Of a DNA stretch of 64,000 nucleotides, positions 41,180 through 54,997 are shown piece after piece. Numbering within the stretch: position 1 is the first letter of the stretch; the number at the start of each line of letters is the position of its first letter. The stretch lies in NCBI GenBank assembly GCA_964247055.1, contig OZ176054.1:9920001-9984000 (forward strand). The letters are read 5' to 3'. The notes under the pieces were generated by a model. It searched no databases. It was not told the DNA's origin and saw nothing but the letters and a program-made list of their open reading frames with translations. The DNA comes from Paragordius varius. Its lineage: Eukaryota > Animalia > Nematomorpha. The translations under genes and the position numbers were made by a program.

Positions 41180-43432
41180 GGGGATGGGCCCAACGATAAC
41201 AGTGCCACTTAACGGAATAGAAACATCAATGTTGTTTGACACCGGTGCGGATGTGACAGTTATCAATGAGGGATGCTGGAAATCAACAGGACAACCACGA
41301 CTGGAGGTAGGACAAAGACTATCCACATACAATAATGAAACTATCCCGACCATGGGTAAAACAGAATTGCTCGTAACAATGAACGGTATGACAAAAACCC
41401 TTGAATGTTTTGTAACCGAGGGATATCGGCCATTAATTTTTGGTCTCCCTTGGATCCGTGCATTTGCTTTAAATTTACCAGATAATGTGATGATCAATAA
41501 TATAACTAATAAATCTATATATAACCAGGATTCATACCAAATCTCCATCAAGCGATATGCAACCTCCACAGAAACACAGGTTCAATTAGACCATGGGCCT
41601 GGACCGAGATAGAAGAAGAGGAGTTCCAATCCGCAAAACAACTAATGATAAATTACAATACATTAATACCGTATAACCCAAATTGGCCAATACTAATAGA
41701 AACAGACGCATCAAACAAGGGATTTGGAGCGATCTTACTACATATTACCCCGGAAGGAAAGCGTCCCATATCATACGCTTCACGCAAACGCACCGATGCC
41801 GAAACCAATTATTCAACAATAGAGAAAGAAGCAAAAGCTATCACGTATGCTATAGAAAAATTTAAACCATTTATATATGGTAGAAAATTCAAAATTATAA
41901 CCGACCACAAACCACTAATCGGGTTATTTGGTCGAACTCGAAATTTACAAAATATTAATAATGCTAAACTTCTTAGATGGATCTATAAAACATCGGGATA
42001 CGACTATGAAATCGAATATAAAAAAGGGCAAAACAACTTAGCCGACGCTCTATCCAGATTACCAAATAATGATAATACCATGGAGGTGCAAAATGAAGAT
42101 GATGAGGTATCACACACGGTAAAATTTTTAACTATGAATAAATTTAATCTAAGTAAAGAGTTAGTGGAGGAGGAGATAATGTTAGATCCATTGGCAAACA
42201 AACTTAAATCAGCAATAAGAACAAATGATTGGAGTGATCCAAGTATAAAGGAATTTCTGAAAGTAAAAAATGAGATTCAAATATAGTATAATCTTTTATT
42301 TGTAAATGACAGATTACTAATACCCACATCCTTGCAGCGGGACAAATTCCTACATACTGGACATAACGGAGCGCAATCGATGAAACAACAAGCAAGACAA
42401 TCCATATATTGGCCAAACTTAGAAAAAGATTTAGAAAATTTTGTAGAAACATGTGGACCGTGTCAAAGAAACAAGCCTAATATAAAGGAAAATCCAACGT
42501 GGAAATGGAATATCAACACCGCGTTGTGGGAGAGAATTCACATCGACATAGCCGGCCCCATAGATGGTTATTTTTGGTTAGTTACCATTGATAGCGCTTC
42601 AAGATGGGTTGAGGTGGATCTACTCAAATCGATAACCTCACAACAATTATTGAATTGTTTAGAAAAACACATGGCCAGATTTGGTTTTCCGAGACAGATA
42701 GTCACTGATAATGGGCCATACTTTACATCCCATGAATTCAGAAGTACCTTACATAATCTTAATATAAAACATATTTTAGTGAGTCCATACCATCCCAAGT
42801 CCAATGGATTGGTTGAAAGATGTATTGCAACCCTCAAATTCAGATATTGAGCTACGAAAACGCTAACAATGCATGCCCACGAGGCAATCAACACGATTTT
42901 ATATGGCTATTGAAATTCAACACACAGTGCCATTATGAATACACCATCACAAGTCTTTCTGAAGAGACACCCAAATGGTCCGATGTCATGGCTCAAAACA
43001 CAAACAACTGAGTTTATCGATAATGAAATAGAACCGACTCGCCAGTTCGTTCCAAGAGAGAAGGTTTTTATAAAAAATAAAATAGAAAAAGGATGGAGGG
43101 CAGGGGAAATATTAGAACGCCGGGGTCCATTATCATATATGGTAACAGACGAAACAGACAGAGTTCTTAGAAAACACGCTGATCAATTAAAACAAAGAAT
43201 GGAATGTCCGAGAACAACCACGCCAGCGCCCGAAACACCAATTAATTCCGAAGAATATACCTCTACTCCACCAGATCTCGAAGCCATAAACAATAATATA
43301 CAACCATCGCCGATAGGCATAACCACACAGGATAATAACGTAGCTCCAATAACGAATATAGACATGCCTAAACCCAGGTACCCACAACGCCAGCGAAAAC
43401 CCCCAGACCGCTTTACTATAGGGGGAAGATAA
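41180..43432 (+). pseudogene. pol: Pol: aspartic protease, RT connection, RNase H, integrase; RT core deleted; three in-frame stops
   Basis: LFDTGAD; GFIPNL...WAW; TDASNKGFGAIL...YSTIEKE...TDHKPL; HTGH...CGPC; IHID...TDNGPYF...HPKSNGLVER. Stops at 42284-42286, 42848-42850 and 42911-42913. Confidence 0.93.
43420..43430 (+). promoter_or_regulatory. Polypurine tract
   Basis: AGGGGGAAGA immediately upstream of the 3' LTR. Confidence 0.85.
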
Positions 43433-43764
43433 TGTTAATTGGTTATAACCTTAAGTTATTTTATTATTATTTATTATATAATTTATATGACATTGTATGT
43501 ACAAGTATTCTAATTATAGTTGCCAACTTTATAACCTTAAGTTAAATTATACGACATTGTATTTAATAAGTAATCTAATGACTATTATATATATGGATAT
43601 TTTATATGACATTGTATTTGATACAAATAGTATTCTAATTTATTATTGTAATTTATCCTTGCTAAAATATATAAATACACCTATACCAACACTGAGCAAT
43701 CAGTTAATAAATGTACTTAATTTGAGTTATTAATTCATATGTCGTCTCTATTCTAAACGCATTA
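43433..43764 (+). repeat. 3' LTR
   Basis: 332-bp direct repeat of 40110-40441. Confidence 0.97.
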
Positions 43765-44399
43765 GTTCTTGTATCGGTTCATCAAACCAATGTTTAGCTT
43801 AGGCAATTTTTTCTGTCTAATGGTAATTCGAGGCTCGTTGAAACCGTTATACACAACGTTGCCAATAAATGATTCAAACATTAAACGAAAAATGACCGGA
43901 ATGGTCCAAAAGACTTGTAAAATGTTTTTTCAAAATGAATTTGCTCCACACAGCAGAGCAGAAAGACATTTGATGGGATATTCTTTCGCATCCGCTGAAC
44001 TGATCTAAGGCCTAACTAATATTTCACATCAATTAAAACCACGCTTGCATATCAGCACTTTAATACTAATTTCGAAAACGTTGGAGAATGGCTTAAATAA
44101 TGGGCGAAAAAGGACGACCAGTTTTTGGTTCGGCATTCGGATACCCAAAGGGCGAAATATGTAGACGTCGATGGACAATATTCTAAACATAACATATAAT
44201 TGATTTTCTTTAAAATTAAATTTTAACCAAAAAACAGCTGAAATCTTATGATGACACCTGTATACATAGTGAATTGTTGGTTGATTTATTCTAGCATAAA
44301 AAAGATTTAATTAAAAGACAGCCCTTATATCAATAATATTACATGCAACGTCATGGATTCCTTTAAAAAATATGTTCATAAAATTTATCGACAGCTTAC

Positions 44400-44468
44400 C
44401 ACTATTTGGGGCCCTTTCTTCTTCATTGTTACCTTGAATTTGGATGTTAGGTACACGGCGTCTACCAT
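44400..44468 (-). CDS. 69-nt internal exon, copy P2 (NGRRRVPNIQIQGNNEEERAPNS)
   Basis: ttag|AT...AGTG|gtaagc, phase 1-1. Paralog of 16441-16503 (NNEEER conserved). Confidence 0.75.
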
Positions 44469-45083
44469 CTAATTAAATCAAACAACATAGAGACATTTTA
44501 AAAACCTTTCTTTTCATTGATAAAACTTATCATGCAAACAACTCAAAGCTGATTTTAGCTAAGATGTTTCTTTCAACCTTAGATTAATTCAATAAAAAAA
44601 TTCAAATCAATTAAAATTTATACATTACTTATTGTTACAAATTTCACTTATTTAAAAATTTAACAACCTCTTTAAATAATATATTCATACCTATTTTTTA
44701 AACAATAACGAATTGATAATGGTCAGATATTTAAAATTATATGGATAATCACCCTTGTTAATAAGATTATGTATCAGTTTAAGAATATTAATTTTGGTTA
44801 AAAGTTTTATTAGTTTTACGATATGAAAATATGTTAGGAATGATATAAATGTTTTAAGGTTACAAAACAATTGAAAGTTAAATGTACATTCTGTTAAATG
44901 ATCAAAGCAGTTTATTAATTGAACATACGTTAATATGGCAAGAATGATTAATATTTGAAACTGTTATGTTTAGAAAATCGTTAATATAATCGTACATAAT
45001 ACAGGAATCGACTATACAAAGGTAATAAAATTATATATGTCCAGATAATAATTAAATTAAGTTTATATTAAGCCCCAAATATA

Positions 45084-45543
45084 CCATTTGCATTCGAAAG
45101 TTTCATGAACACTTCAAGTTGGTCCTTAAATTCAAGCTGGTCCTTCAACTTTTTTATTTTTAACTTTTATCAATCAAACCGTGTATTATTATTTTTATTA
45201 ATTTTAACTTATTCTCTTGATTGAACCAAATTTTTAAATCACTTTTGATCTGTATATCTTTATTAGGTTAAAAAATATTAATTTTAATAATCAACATGTA
45301 ATTGATAATTTATCTGGTTTATTAATTAGGAATTTTCGTTAAAAACATTTTTTGTATAATATTGGATTGGAAAAAAAATTTCGCAACAAAAATATGGTTT
45401 TTTAATAAATTTTTTAATTATGGTTAAATCCAAACTAAATTATAAGGACCATCCTGAAATGTTCATTAAAATGTTCAAGGACTAATTTAAAATATTTAAG
45501 GACCAACTTGAAGTGTTCAAGGACACTCTTGCGGTGCAAATGG
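45084..45543. mobile_element. Short MITE related to the 3153-4605 foldback
   Basis: TA|CCATTTGCA...TGCAAATGG|TA. Shares the GGACCAACTTGAAGTGTTCAA sub-repeats. Confidence 0.75.
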
Positions 45544-45993
45544 TATAGTATAAATAATATCGCTATAGTTTCTAAAATTTGATTATATAATTAGATTAAC
45601 ATTGCATTTATATGCACTTATAAACTAAATATTTACTTAGAATGTTAAACAAAATAATTATCTAATAATTAAAAAATATTATTTTAGAATTGAATCACAA
45701 ACCTGGTCATTCGTTTTTATCAATGCTCTCTTGTATTCAAATGTTTGTAAATTAATAAAGGGCATTTTATCTCTATTAAATAAATCGACTCATTATCCTA
45801 TTGTCGTCGTTTAGGTTTTACTTTTTTAGAATTATATCATAGTTTTTGATATTCAATATTATATAATATATTTGAATAAAATATTGTATTTTCGACCATT
45901 TAAACGGCTTTAAAGCTATATTAATCTAATTAGGTTTATTTACCAGAGAAAAAAGTTTTCTCAGATTTAGTTATATATATTATATAAAAAAAC

Positions 45994-46166
45994 TTGATCT
46001 GCCAGAAGAGGTGTTAGAATCCGAAGAAGCGGCACCTCTTCTTGCCGCTCCAGAATTTAACCCAGTTTGTGCTGAGCTTCTACCTTTGATAGCACTACTG
46101 CTTGATCCGCGAACCCCTGAAGATTTTGCTGCGGTATTTCCTGTTCCTCGCTTTATTCGCATAATT
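45994..46166 (-). CDS. Ser/Gly/Arg-rich exon, copy P2 (IMRIKRGTGNTAAKSSGVRGS...SGRS)
   Basis: ttttag|A phase-2 acceptor (or ATG at 46162), TCAA|gt donor. Synonymous divergence from 20700-20869. Confidence 0.75.
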
Positions 46167-46289
46167 CTAAAATAGTACAAAATCCCTATTTATTTGTTAA
46201 TTAAGATTTTCGGTTACCATCAAAAATGGTATTTCGCGAATGTCGCCCTTATTTTATTGCACATGCTTTTGATTAAAATAAATATCATA

Positions 46290-47560
46290 AGACAGAGTGT
46301 GGCAGAATTTTCATACATCATTTGATAGCTATAAGCATATAATGCGATTAAATTATTATTATTCATCATTTATTTGCATTGTGTTCGCATCTACTTATAA
46401 AATATATAAATAAAAGAAGAGGTCAGCTTAAGTACGCATATAACACGGACCCCATTTTTTCCAACATTTTATAAAAACACATCTAAGCATTTTATTTTTA
46501 TTCATCAATCACACGTGCCTGAAAAAACAAATTTTTGGCAGCATTTCCTTTCTATTTCCAGAAGAAAATTAAAATTTTAATGTATGGTAAAAGCATATGG
46601 TCAAAATCCTCCATCATCAAAATATCCACAACATTCCAAAAATATTAAAGTTTTTATGACAGAAAGTGTGCGCTTTAGTAGTCTATAAAAATGCGAAGAA
46701 TATAAATCGCAAATGATTGGATGAGGACTCCTCTAACTCAACGGCAAATCACAGTAGCATTACATGTCTTATAAAAAACAATGAGTAAATATGGACCTAT
46801 GGGAAAAAACAATAAAGTCGCAAGGGGTCGAACACAGTTTAAATGAACGTCAAGAAAGTCGCAGAGTGATTTGAGAAATCTTGCTTTATCGTCAATAAAG
46901 AAATCTTCGCATCGAGTGACGGGTGAGAAGTGGCCATTTTTTTAAATCCAAAATGGAAAAAGTGGCCTTGACCTGGCCGGTTCATATGAAAAAGTGGCCT
47001 TGACCTGGCCGGTTCATATCACCAATGCCAAATCGCCTTAAGATTATTCTCTGGTGTGGCAGGACCAGAGCGGTATTGTCAATTATCAAAAATTTAAGCC
47101 CGGTAAAACCGTTAACACATAGCGATATCGCCAATATAATTTAAACCAGGCATTTATCGAAAAATTACCAAAATGAACCAGAAGACATGAGTGATAATGC
47201 TACATAACAATGATCCCCTCACATTTCCAAACCCGTCGCAACAGTTAAAATTGTTTCAGAAAAAAACGCATCTGCTCAACTCTCCTGACCTGGGGTTATA
47301 TGATTATTACGTAACATCAATCGGTGACACAATGGAAGAGCGGCATTCAAATATTTTCAAAGATGAAAATGGCTGGAAAAATAGTTTGCCATAGAGACAC
47401 TTATTTTGTGACATGACATTCATATTTTACCTAAGACACAGGCCATATGTGTAGAAGCGGATAAATGTTATTATGAAATAAATATAAAATTGATTGAGTA
47501 AAGACTTATACACTTGTTATACACAGTGTCCACAGAATCCTGGTGAAATATATATGATAG
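46290..47560 (+). pseudogene. Mariner transposase relic
   Basis: VTGEKW, WQDQSG, KPGKTVN, IMLHNN, NSPDL and CVEAD-like fragments in mariner order. Confidence 0.85.
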
Positions 47561-47789
47561 GAATATGTAAGAATTTTGGTGCTTTTAAACTCCTACTAAT
47601 ATTTTAAGGAAGTTATATATAATTTTGTGGTGAATGCTCTATATTGGGAAATGGAAAATTTGTGAACATTTTATCAATATTTTTTCGGTGCCAGCTATAA
47701 GCATTCAAAAAATCTCACTATAATATATCTAAACTACATATACAAAACAAAAGAATATTTTTTTTAAAAAAAATAATTTTTAGATATAG

Positions 47790-49050
47790 GATCCCAGTCG
47801 CAAATTTTTTGCTCATATAAAATGGGCTAGTTCTCTTAACAATTTATCATTTTTTGTGCGCGATGACATAATGGTAGTTTTATATTCTTAAGTTAAATGC
47901 TTTCAAAGTTAGTTTAAATTCTAACAATGTTCTCATATACATAAAAAAGCTTATATTTGCATTTTACTTCTAGAGTCTAAAATTGGGACAGCTTTATAAC
48001 ACTGAAACGAACAGATATATAAATCAAAATATATCAGGTTTTTGCTAGACTGAAAGCTTCCTAAATTTGAATTTTCTAATCATAATATACATATATTTTG
48101 CTTGTTGCATTAGCGAATCGATTACTTAAAGAAGCCGCAAAGTCGCTAGGAAGCCAAAATGGCTCAAAAATGTACAAGATTTTCGGGATAAAATTCGCTA
48201 AATAAAAATTACAGAATAGCTATTTTCTGCGTCGAACTCTATGAAAAAGTATCTAAATAATGCATAATTTAAAAATTATACGCAGCTTGCGTTTTGGAAC
48301 CTTTCGTTTTTATATAAGGCCTAGATATTTTTGGATGCCATAATGGGTCCTATATGTAGAGTTAATATATGATTGTTTTGATAAATTTTTTTTATCTCAC
48401 ATTCAAATTTAATGCCAGTGCGTTTAGCTTATACTCTTATTGTCTTTTTAGGACCTTAAAAAAATTTAAAATTTTTGTATTTTATGCTATAATGAAATAA
48501 ATGATATTTAGTTCGATCGTTTTCATTTATTGTATATAACGCTCTATGACCTTAGAGGTAGTTTTATATCTCAAAGCAATTTTAAATTTGAGCTTTAAGC
48601 ATTATTTAAGTCTAAAAATATACTTTAAGCCGTTAAATTTTTTTAAAAAAAGTTAAATTATATAAAAATCATCATCTCAAACTTTTTCCCCATCATTATT
48701 TTATTTTGAGTTGTTTAAATCGCTAATCAAAGAAATAAAAGTATAATATGGTTGTAAAATGTAAATAACTAATCCTAAAAAGCTTTCAGACTACATTTTA
48801 TCAGGAAAACCTGATATTATTTCATTTTAATATCAGCTGTCCGTTTCGATCGTGTTGTCCCAATTTCCTAAATTAAGAGGTCACTAAACTATAAAAAGCA
48901 TATGCTAGTTATCTAGTATATGAGAGCAATGTTATATAATTAAATAACAAAAATAACGTTAAAAACAGCCGTTTATTTACAGCATTTAGCTTTGGGAATC
49001 TATTCAAATATATCGTGGACAAAAAAGTGAAAGGTCACGAAGTGTTAGTT
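47790..49050. mobile_element. Older foldback/MITE with degenerate inverted arms
   Basis: ~47930-48060 is reverse-complementary to ~48780-48930 (AATTGGGACA...ATATCAGGTTTT...CTGAAAGCTT). Related sequence near 18700-18800. Confidence 0.5.
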
Positions 49051-49628
49051 TTATTTGTCCTAATAAGCGATAAAAATTTATTTTTTTGGTAATTAATTAT
49101 AGAAAAAATAAATAAACTTTTCTAGTATTTAAACCGTATTGTCATTTTGATATTCATTATCCTGAACATTTGGCTATCTAATGATATTTTATTCTTTAAA
49201 TTTATTTCTGCGTACCATGAAATAAATAAATTAATGCATTTTTTTCCAATATATGTAAAAAATAGGATGATGCGGATAACGCTATGTACAATCGGATTAT
49301 TAGGAGGGACTAATTGTGTTTTATAAAATTCGAGTAAAGGCGTTACCACTACTAAGGTAATAAATATCTTACTATTATTATCATGTTGTTTCAGGTCAGT
49401 TTTAATATATTCATTATTTCGAAAATATAGCTTGCTTTTTATATGATTTATAACAGTAGTAAAAAATATAGAAAATCGCCAATATGATATTGTGCCATTT
49501 TAAAATAATTTTTATATTATATTTATGTTGAATTTAAAGCTTTTTGGAAAAACTATCTGTCTAGAAAACGTTTTTTTATAATTTCGAATCAAGAAATTAG
49601 CAAAATTACGATGCATAATTAATATATA

Positions 49629-50859
49629 CCATAGGGAAAAGTCAAAATAACGTTTTCCAGTCAATCGAAAGATTTTCCCAGTCAATCGAAACGTTTTCCC
49701 ATTCATAAAAACGGTTTTATTTTTGATGATATATATCTAAACAAGATTTAAAAATAACTTTTAACTATTATGAGCATAATATTAGGATATTTCTTATAAA
49801 AACACAATTATTGAATGACAATTTTTATTATATTCCAGTCACAATCATTAATGATCTTTGTAATATTTTTTATCGATGGTTCGCATTAATATTTGCTGCT
49901 AACTTATAAAATCTATAGTTACGGATGAAACAATAAGATTTATAAAAATATACGATTTTTATCTCAAATTTTTTAAACATGTCAAGTTTGTCGATAAAAA
50001 TACTGTCGGAAATAGTATCTAAAAAAATTTTTTAGATAAAAATGTTTTTGATTTAAAAAGGATATTCCAACACTGTCTTTACGGGCCGCATTTTTAAATC
50101 AAAAAGCACGGCGTTCCGCATTCGAAGTATATACGGGTATTTATGAGTAATTTATTCGATTTTAGATATAAGACTGTAAAATGCAAACACAATGTAACGT
50201 TTCCAATATAACATACTCATTCAAAATAATTGCGTAAGAAATATGAATTTTACTAAGATTTTGTGGACATATTTTTGCAAATGGATTTCCAAATTTTTTG
50301 CGAACCGCACAAAGAATCTAGGAGGGCTGCGTTTGGCCACCCCTGGACCAAATAAAATATTTTATTTAGGTAAAATTTATGTTTAAGATCCAATATGAGA
50401 TGTTAAATGACCTTTGAGATAAAAATGGTATATTTTTATAAATTTAACTATAGATTTCATAAGTTACCCGCAATTAGTGCGAACCATCGATAAAAAAATA
50501 TCTTAATCCAAAATCCAAAAAATATATATTTTAAAGAATAAAACATTAATGATTGTGACAATTAAAAATTGTCATTCAATAATTGTGTTTTTATAAAAAA
50601 TATCCTAATATTACGCTGATAATGGGTAAAAGTTATTTTTATATCTTGTTTTGATAATCATCAAAAATAAAACCGTTTTTAAAGAATGGGAAAACGTTTT
50701 AATTGTTTGGGAAAATGTTCTTAATAACTGGGAAAATGTTATTACTGGGAAAACGTTACTATTGACTGGGAAAATGTTTCGATTGACTGGAAAAACGCTT
50801 CGATTGACTGGGAAAACGTTTCGATTGACTGGGAAAACGTTTTTTTGACTGGGAAATGG
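49629..50859. mobile_element. Second copy of the composite foldback (central hAT-type MITE ~50060-50345)
   Basis: Long inverted arms, ~21-bp ATTGACTGGGAAAACGTTTCG array at ~50690-50855, end GGAAATGG|TA. Confidence 0.8.
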
Positions 50860-51699
50860 TATATATATGTATGTATATTAATTTAAAAAAAATACTTCTG
50901 GGAAATAGATGCATCTTCATTCATCTATAATAAGGAATATATAATTTTATATATTATATATACATAGTTTACCAAATTTAGCACATAGAACAAAAAACGC
51001 TATTGGCCCGTTTTTATAAAAATCATTAATAATATTATTTATGAATTGAAAGTACTAAAAATTTAAAATCTATTAATAAAAAAACCCATAATACTCATAT
51101 GTAATTTAATATAAAAGCGTTAAATGCTAAAACCAGGTTTTATAAAATAAATTAAGAGTATTTACTCTTAGCAAAAATTTGACCATATTAAAGCATTTTT
51201 GTTCAAAAACGTTAAGGTTGCACATTAGCTTCTAACCTTTTTTTATTGAGCATGTAATTATTTAGTTGCGCGTATCAGATTATTATAATTATATTATTTT
51301 ATCGTAAAATCTTTGTAATTTAATTATTTTAAATATTATTTGGGTCGGTTGAATAAAATTATTTTCTACCTAGTATTACTAACATAGTAAATATTAATGT
51401 AAAACATCGATTGTATAAAAAAATTAAAAATTTTAGTAAATGCTTAAAAAAATGACTAGTATGGCTTAATTGAGCAAATTAAGGGTCGGTTGAATCAAAA
51501 ACATATACTATAGTACATGCTTACTTAATAAATATATTATGGAAAAATATTATAAACATATGTATTTTAATTTTAAAGTAATAAGTATTTTAAAATTCAG
51601 AATCATTAATAATCATTCTTTAGAACCGTTTAAGTATTAAACCTTAAATTATTTAGATTAAATTTTCTAATGATTAATAATCAGTCATTTTAAGTTCTT

Positions 51700-52033
51700 A
51701 ACCAAAACTGTTAACGTCAAAATATTAAAACCTAAAACAGGGGTATAACAAAAATGGCTTCGGGGGCAGCATCTCAACTCTGAAAAAAAACGGCGGGCCG
51801 CATTTGACACATATATGGACAACATCCATAAATAATATATTAGATTTCAAACTACAAAATGGAAACACAATATAACATTTTTTTCCAGTTCGTGCCAATT
51901 GAATAGGCCTGTCTAAAAACATCTAAGAATTATCAATTTTACTAAGATTTGTAATCTTATTTTTGCAAATTGTGGATTAAAAATTTATGCGGGCCACATA
52001 AAGAGCTTCGAAGGACTTGCTGGACACCCCTGG
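51700..52033. mobile_element. Free-standing hAT-type MITE fragment related to the composite's core
   Basis: Right end GGACACCCCTGG, GCGGGCCGC motifs, and TTTTACTAAGATTT...TTTTGCAAAT shared with 50230-50300. Left limit uncertain. Confidence 0.5.
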
Positions 52034-54193
52034 CTTAAAACATTAGAAACCATTTAATTTTATGAAAAAGATATATAATTAATTTATTGTATTTGTATTT
52101 TTATATTCGAACATTTAATCTATAATATTAACAAAAAATAAATTGACCTTAATTAATTGGAGTGATTATATTTAAAACAGAAAGAAAAAGATGCAAAACT
52201 AGCCCGAGCTTGGCACATAGCAATTATTAAAAAATTCAATATATAGTAGGTAGTTTTGGCAAAAAAAAATATACAACCAATGTTTCAAGTATTTACTTTT
52301 AACTTAGTAATTATAGATCGTTTTGAAATCTTTTTTATATCGAAATCTAATAAATACTAATTAGTTTTAGCGTTTACTTAGAACTATTTTATTTGCGTTT
52401 AAATGCGCATTAAAGAGCTAGAAACAAAATTTGCAAAATATATTCAAAATTACGTTTAAATACATTCATTGTGCCATTTTTTAAAAACTAGAGAATTTAA
52501 TTGTTCACCAAATATTAAAATAATTTATTCGCTTCATGTTATTTTTAATGCTTACTATATACCGTAGAAAAATTAGGCATATCAAATTTAGTTTTAAATT
52601 AATTTAATGTTAAAAAAATATTTAGTTTGTTCGCATAAAAATGCATATTTTATTCCAACACCAACTAACAAAGTTTATTAATAATACATGACTCTTTTGC
52701 CTGGGGGGGTGTTTCATAAAATGAGTTAGGACTATGTTTGGGGTTAAATTTAAAGTTATATAATATAAGCCTTTAAATTTGCTACAATTGTTATATAATC
52801 TGTAATGAATTGATAAAATAAAAAAATTAAATTCATAGTAGTCTCCTTATTTGACCATAAATAACGGAATTTATGGGGACATATACAATAGTTAAAAAAA
52901 GCGACAGAATCTTTGTTACATTTTATTAAAGATTTTATGTTAAAAAGTTTTCTATAACACTTTTCTTACTTCATCTTGGTGATTAGAGGAATCGGAGATT
53001 TTAAAACTTTCATAGAATTGAAACAGCACTATCAGACAAATAATAGGTACAAAATTCATATTAAAAAAAATTTTGACTAAAAAAATATTTTTTTGCATTT
53101 AAATACCACTATTATTTAAAATTATTTTTAGACATATCATTAATCTTATCTTTCTATTTTGGTGTGTACTCTTTAAATAAAAAATTTTAACAGGTCCATG
53201 TACTAAAGATATGTATAAATTTATGCTTAAGGGCTTAGACACCAGACATAATTAATTTAATTTAGCCAAGTATCAGGTAATTTTGTATCCAGTGTGGTAC
53301 ATTGGACTTGAGGTTGCACATTAAATTCAGGTAAAAAGACGTCTCAGTAGATTCATCGTGCTTTGTTTAGCTAAAAATTATTAGAGAATTATTAATTATG
53401 ATGAACTAAAAATTTAAAAAAACATAAATATAGTGCATTTTAAATTAAGTTTCCTCTCTATTTCGGGTTTTTCCTTAACAATGCCAGGTCGCGTTATAAT
53501 TTTTTAATTACATAAGAATCGATGTTATTAAAAATCAAACTATGCTTGATCAAATACACTTAAATATGAAAGGGACTCAGTATTTTAAAGCATATATGAT
53601 GTTTAAATCTTTTATACATAACATACATTGAATATTTGGAATTTTTATTTTATATGGATATATTTAATCATAGATATCTCTAAAGATAATTTCCTGTCAG
53701 TAATGTCTAAAAGACAGTGTCTACATTAATAGTTTGGGAAAGAAATTATTTGACCCATCCTACCTTATAAAAAAACAAATACCATATTAAATAATATCTA
53801 GAGTTGCTTATCATCAAATAAATTACATTTTAATTGAAAACATATTGCTGGATTTTTAAAATAAATAACAAATTTTGGATATATTTTGAAATTTATAGAC
53901 AGAATGGTTTAGTTGCTCATAATCATAGGGCTCAAGTAGGCAGAAAGAGGGTAGAATATCTTGACAGAACCGGATAATATAATATATTTAGAAGTAAAAA
54001 TACTCAGTAAAAAGCCGATTTTATTTGATTTAAAAATTATTATCGGTGTCAACGGTGCCTTGTGTCTCTATTCTCTTTATTTTAGTCGTAACATTCATCC
54101 GAAATATTTTTAAAAGGTATTATTGGATCCAAATAAAAAACCAATAATTATTTATTTTTTTACAATGTATAAATGCTTAATCATAAACTCCAT

Positions 54194-54997
54194 TTAAACA
54201 TGCGATATATTAGATCGAACAACCGAAAAAACTAATTGGCCATAGAAATTGCCAATGTTGGGTTTAGGTTTATAAACCAAAATGTATTCATCATCCTCGA
54301 ATGTAATATCATTCAAATCCATTGTAAAGCAATTTCCATCCTATAATAATAATAAAATATATAATTAGATATTAAATTTGGATAAGGAAACGATAAATTT
54401 TGATTTCACCAGTCTATTGATCAGAAAAATATAAGTTTTAAATTATAATATATTATAAAAACAGCTTACACGATTGACTTTAGCAATCGTATCCAATAAA
54501 GTTTTACTTTCTAACTCCAAAAATATGTGGTATTGATTGGTTGGGATCATATTCAAATAGGTTTCATCCTTAAGCATATTTTTACTCTCTATATCAATCA
54601 GCAATATAAATGTGTGGTTGCAAAATTTTAAAGAAATGCGAAGGAATACATAACTAAGTATTTTGATTATTACATTTGTGTTAAGCCATCAATATGAAAA
54701 GAAAGATTCTAACAATTAGGAATTTAAATAAACAACCAGTCTTAAAACATTAATATAAACATTCATTATCTTTTGAGCAAAAAAAGTTTCAAAACTGTTG
54801 AAATTAAAAAATATTAATTATAATAATATTTAGCCAAAATACTTTTGGTAAGATTTAACCAAAAATCTTTTTTCATACAAACAAGATAATATGTTGTTGA
54901 GTTTTACTAGAAATGCACCTAAAGATAAGCGGTCATAGTCAAATAGATTGTAAGATACATTTTGAGAGTTTTTACCATCTGTGACATAATTTATGCA
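54194..54997 (-). CDS. Three phase-compatible middle exons of an unknown protein
   Basis: 54997-54919 (phase 0-1), 54588-54470 (1-0), 54340-~54220 (0-?) splice to CINYVTDGKNSQNVSYNLFDYDRLSLESKNMLKDETYLNMIPTNQYHIFLELESKTLLDTIAKVNRDGNCFTMDLNDITFEDDEYILVYKPKPNIGNFYGQLVFS. All have AG/GT sites; the last donor is uncertain. Confidence 0.5.

Larger units (their letters stand above)
40110..43764 (+). mobile_element. Ty3/gypsy LTR retrotransposon (Mag/K02A2.6-like), internally deleted and defective
   Basis: Two 332-bp LTRs, 5-bp TSD GTTCT (40105-40109, 43765-43769), PBS-like and PPT sites, order gag-PR-(RT missing)-RH-IN. Confidence 0.97.
39520..44260 (+). pseudogene. Mariner transposase relic split by the LTR retrotransposon
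   Basis: 5' half (to 40109) has WVPQL, ACEIL, DDEKWFYF. 3' half (from 43765) has ETV, FAPH, LENGL, YVDVDGQY-like motifs. The halves are collinear once the LTR element and one TSD are removed. Confidence 0.8.

Noticed and set aside
49122-49349. 75-aa minus ORF as the exon upstream of 46166
   Set aside because: Its best phase-2 donor would create TGA at the junction, and no P1 counterpart was seen.
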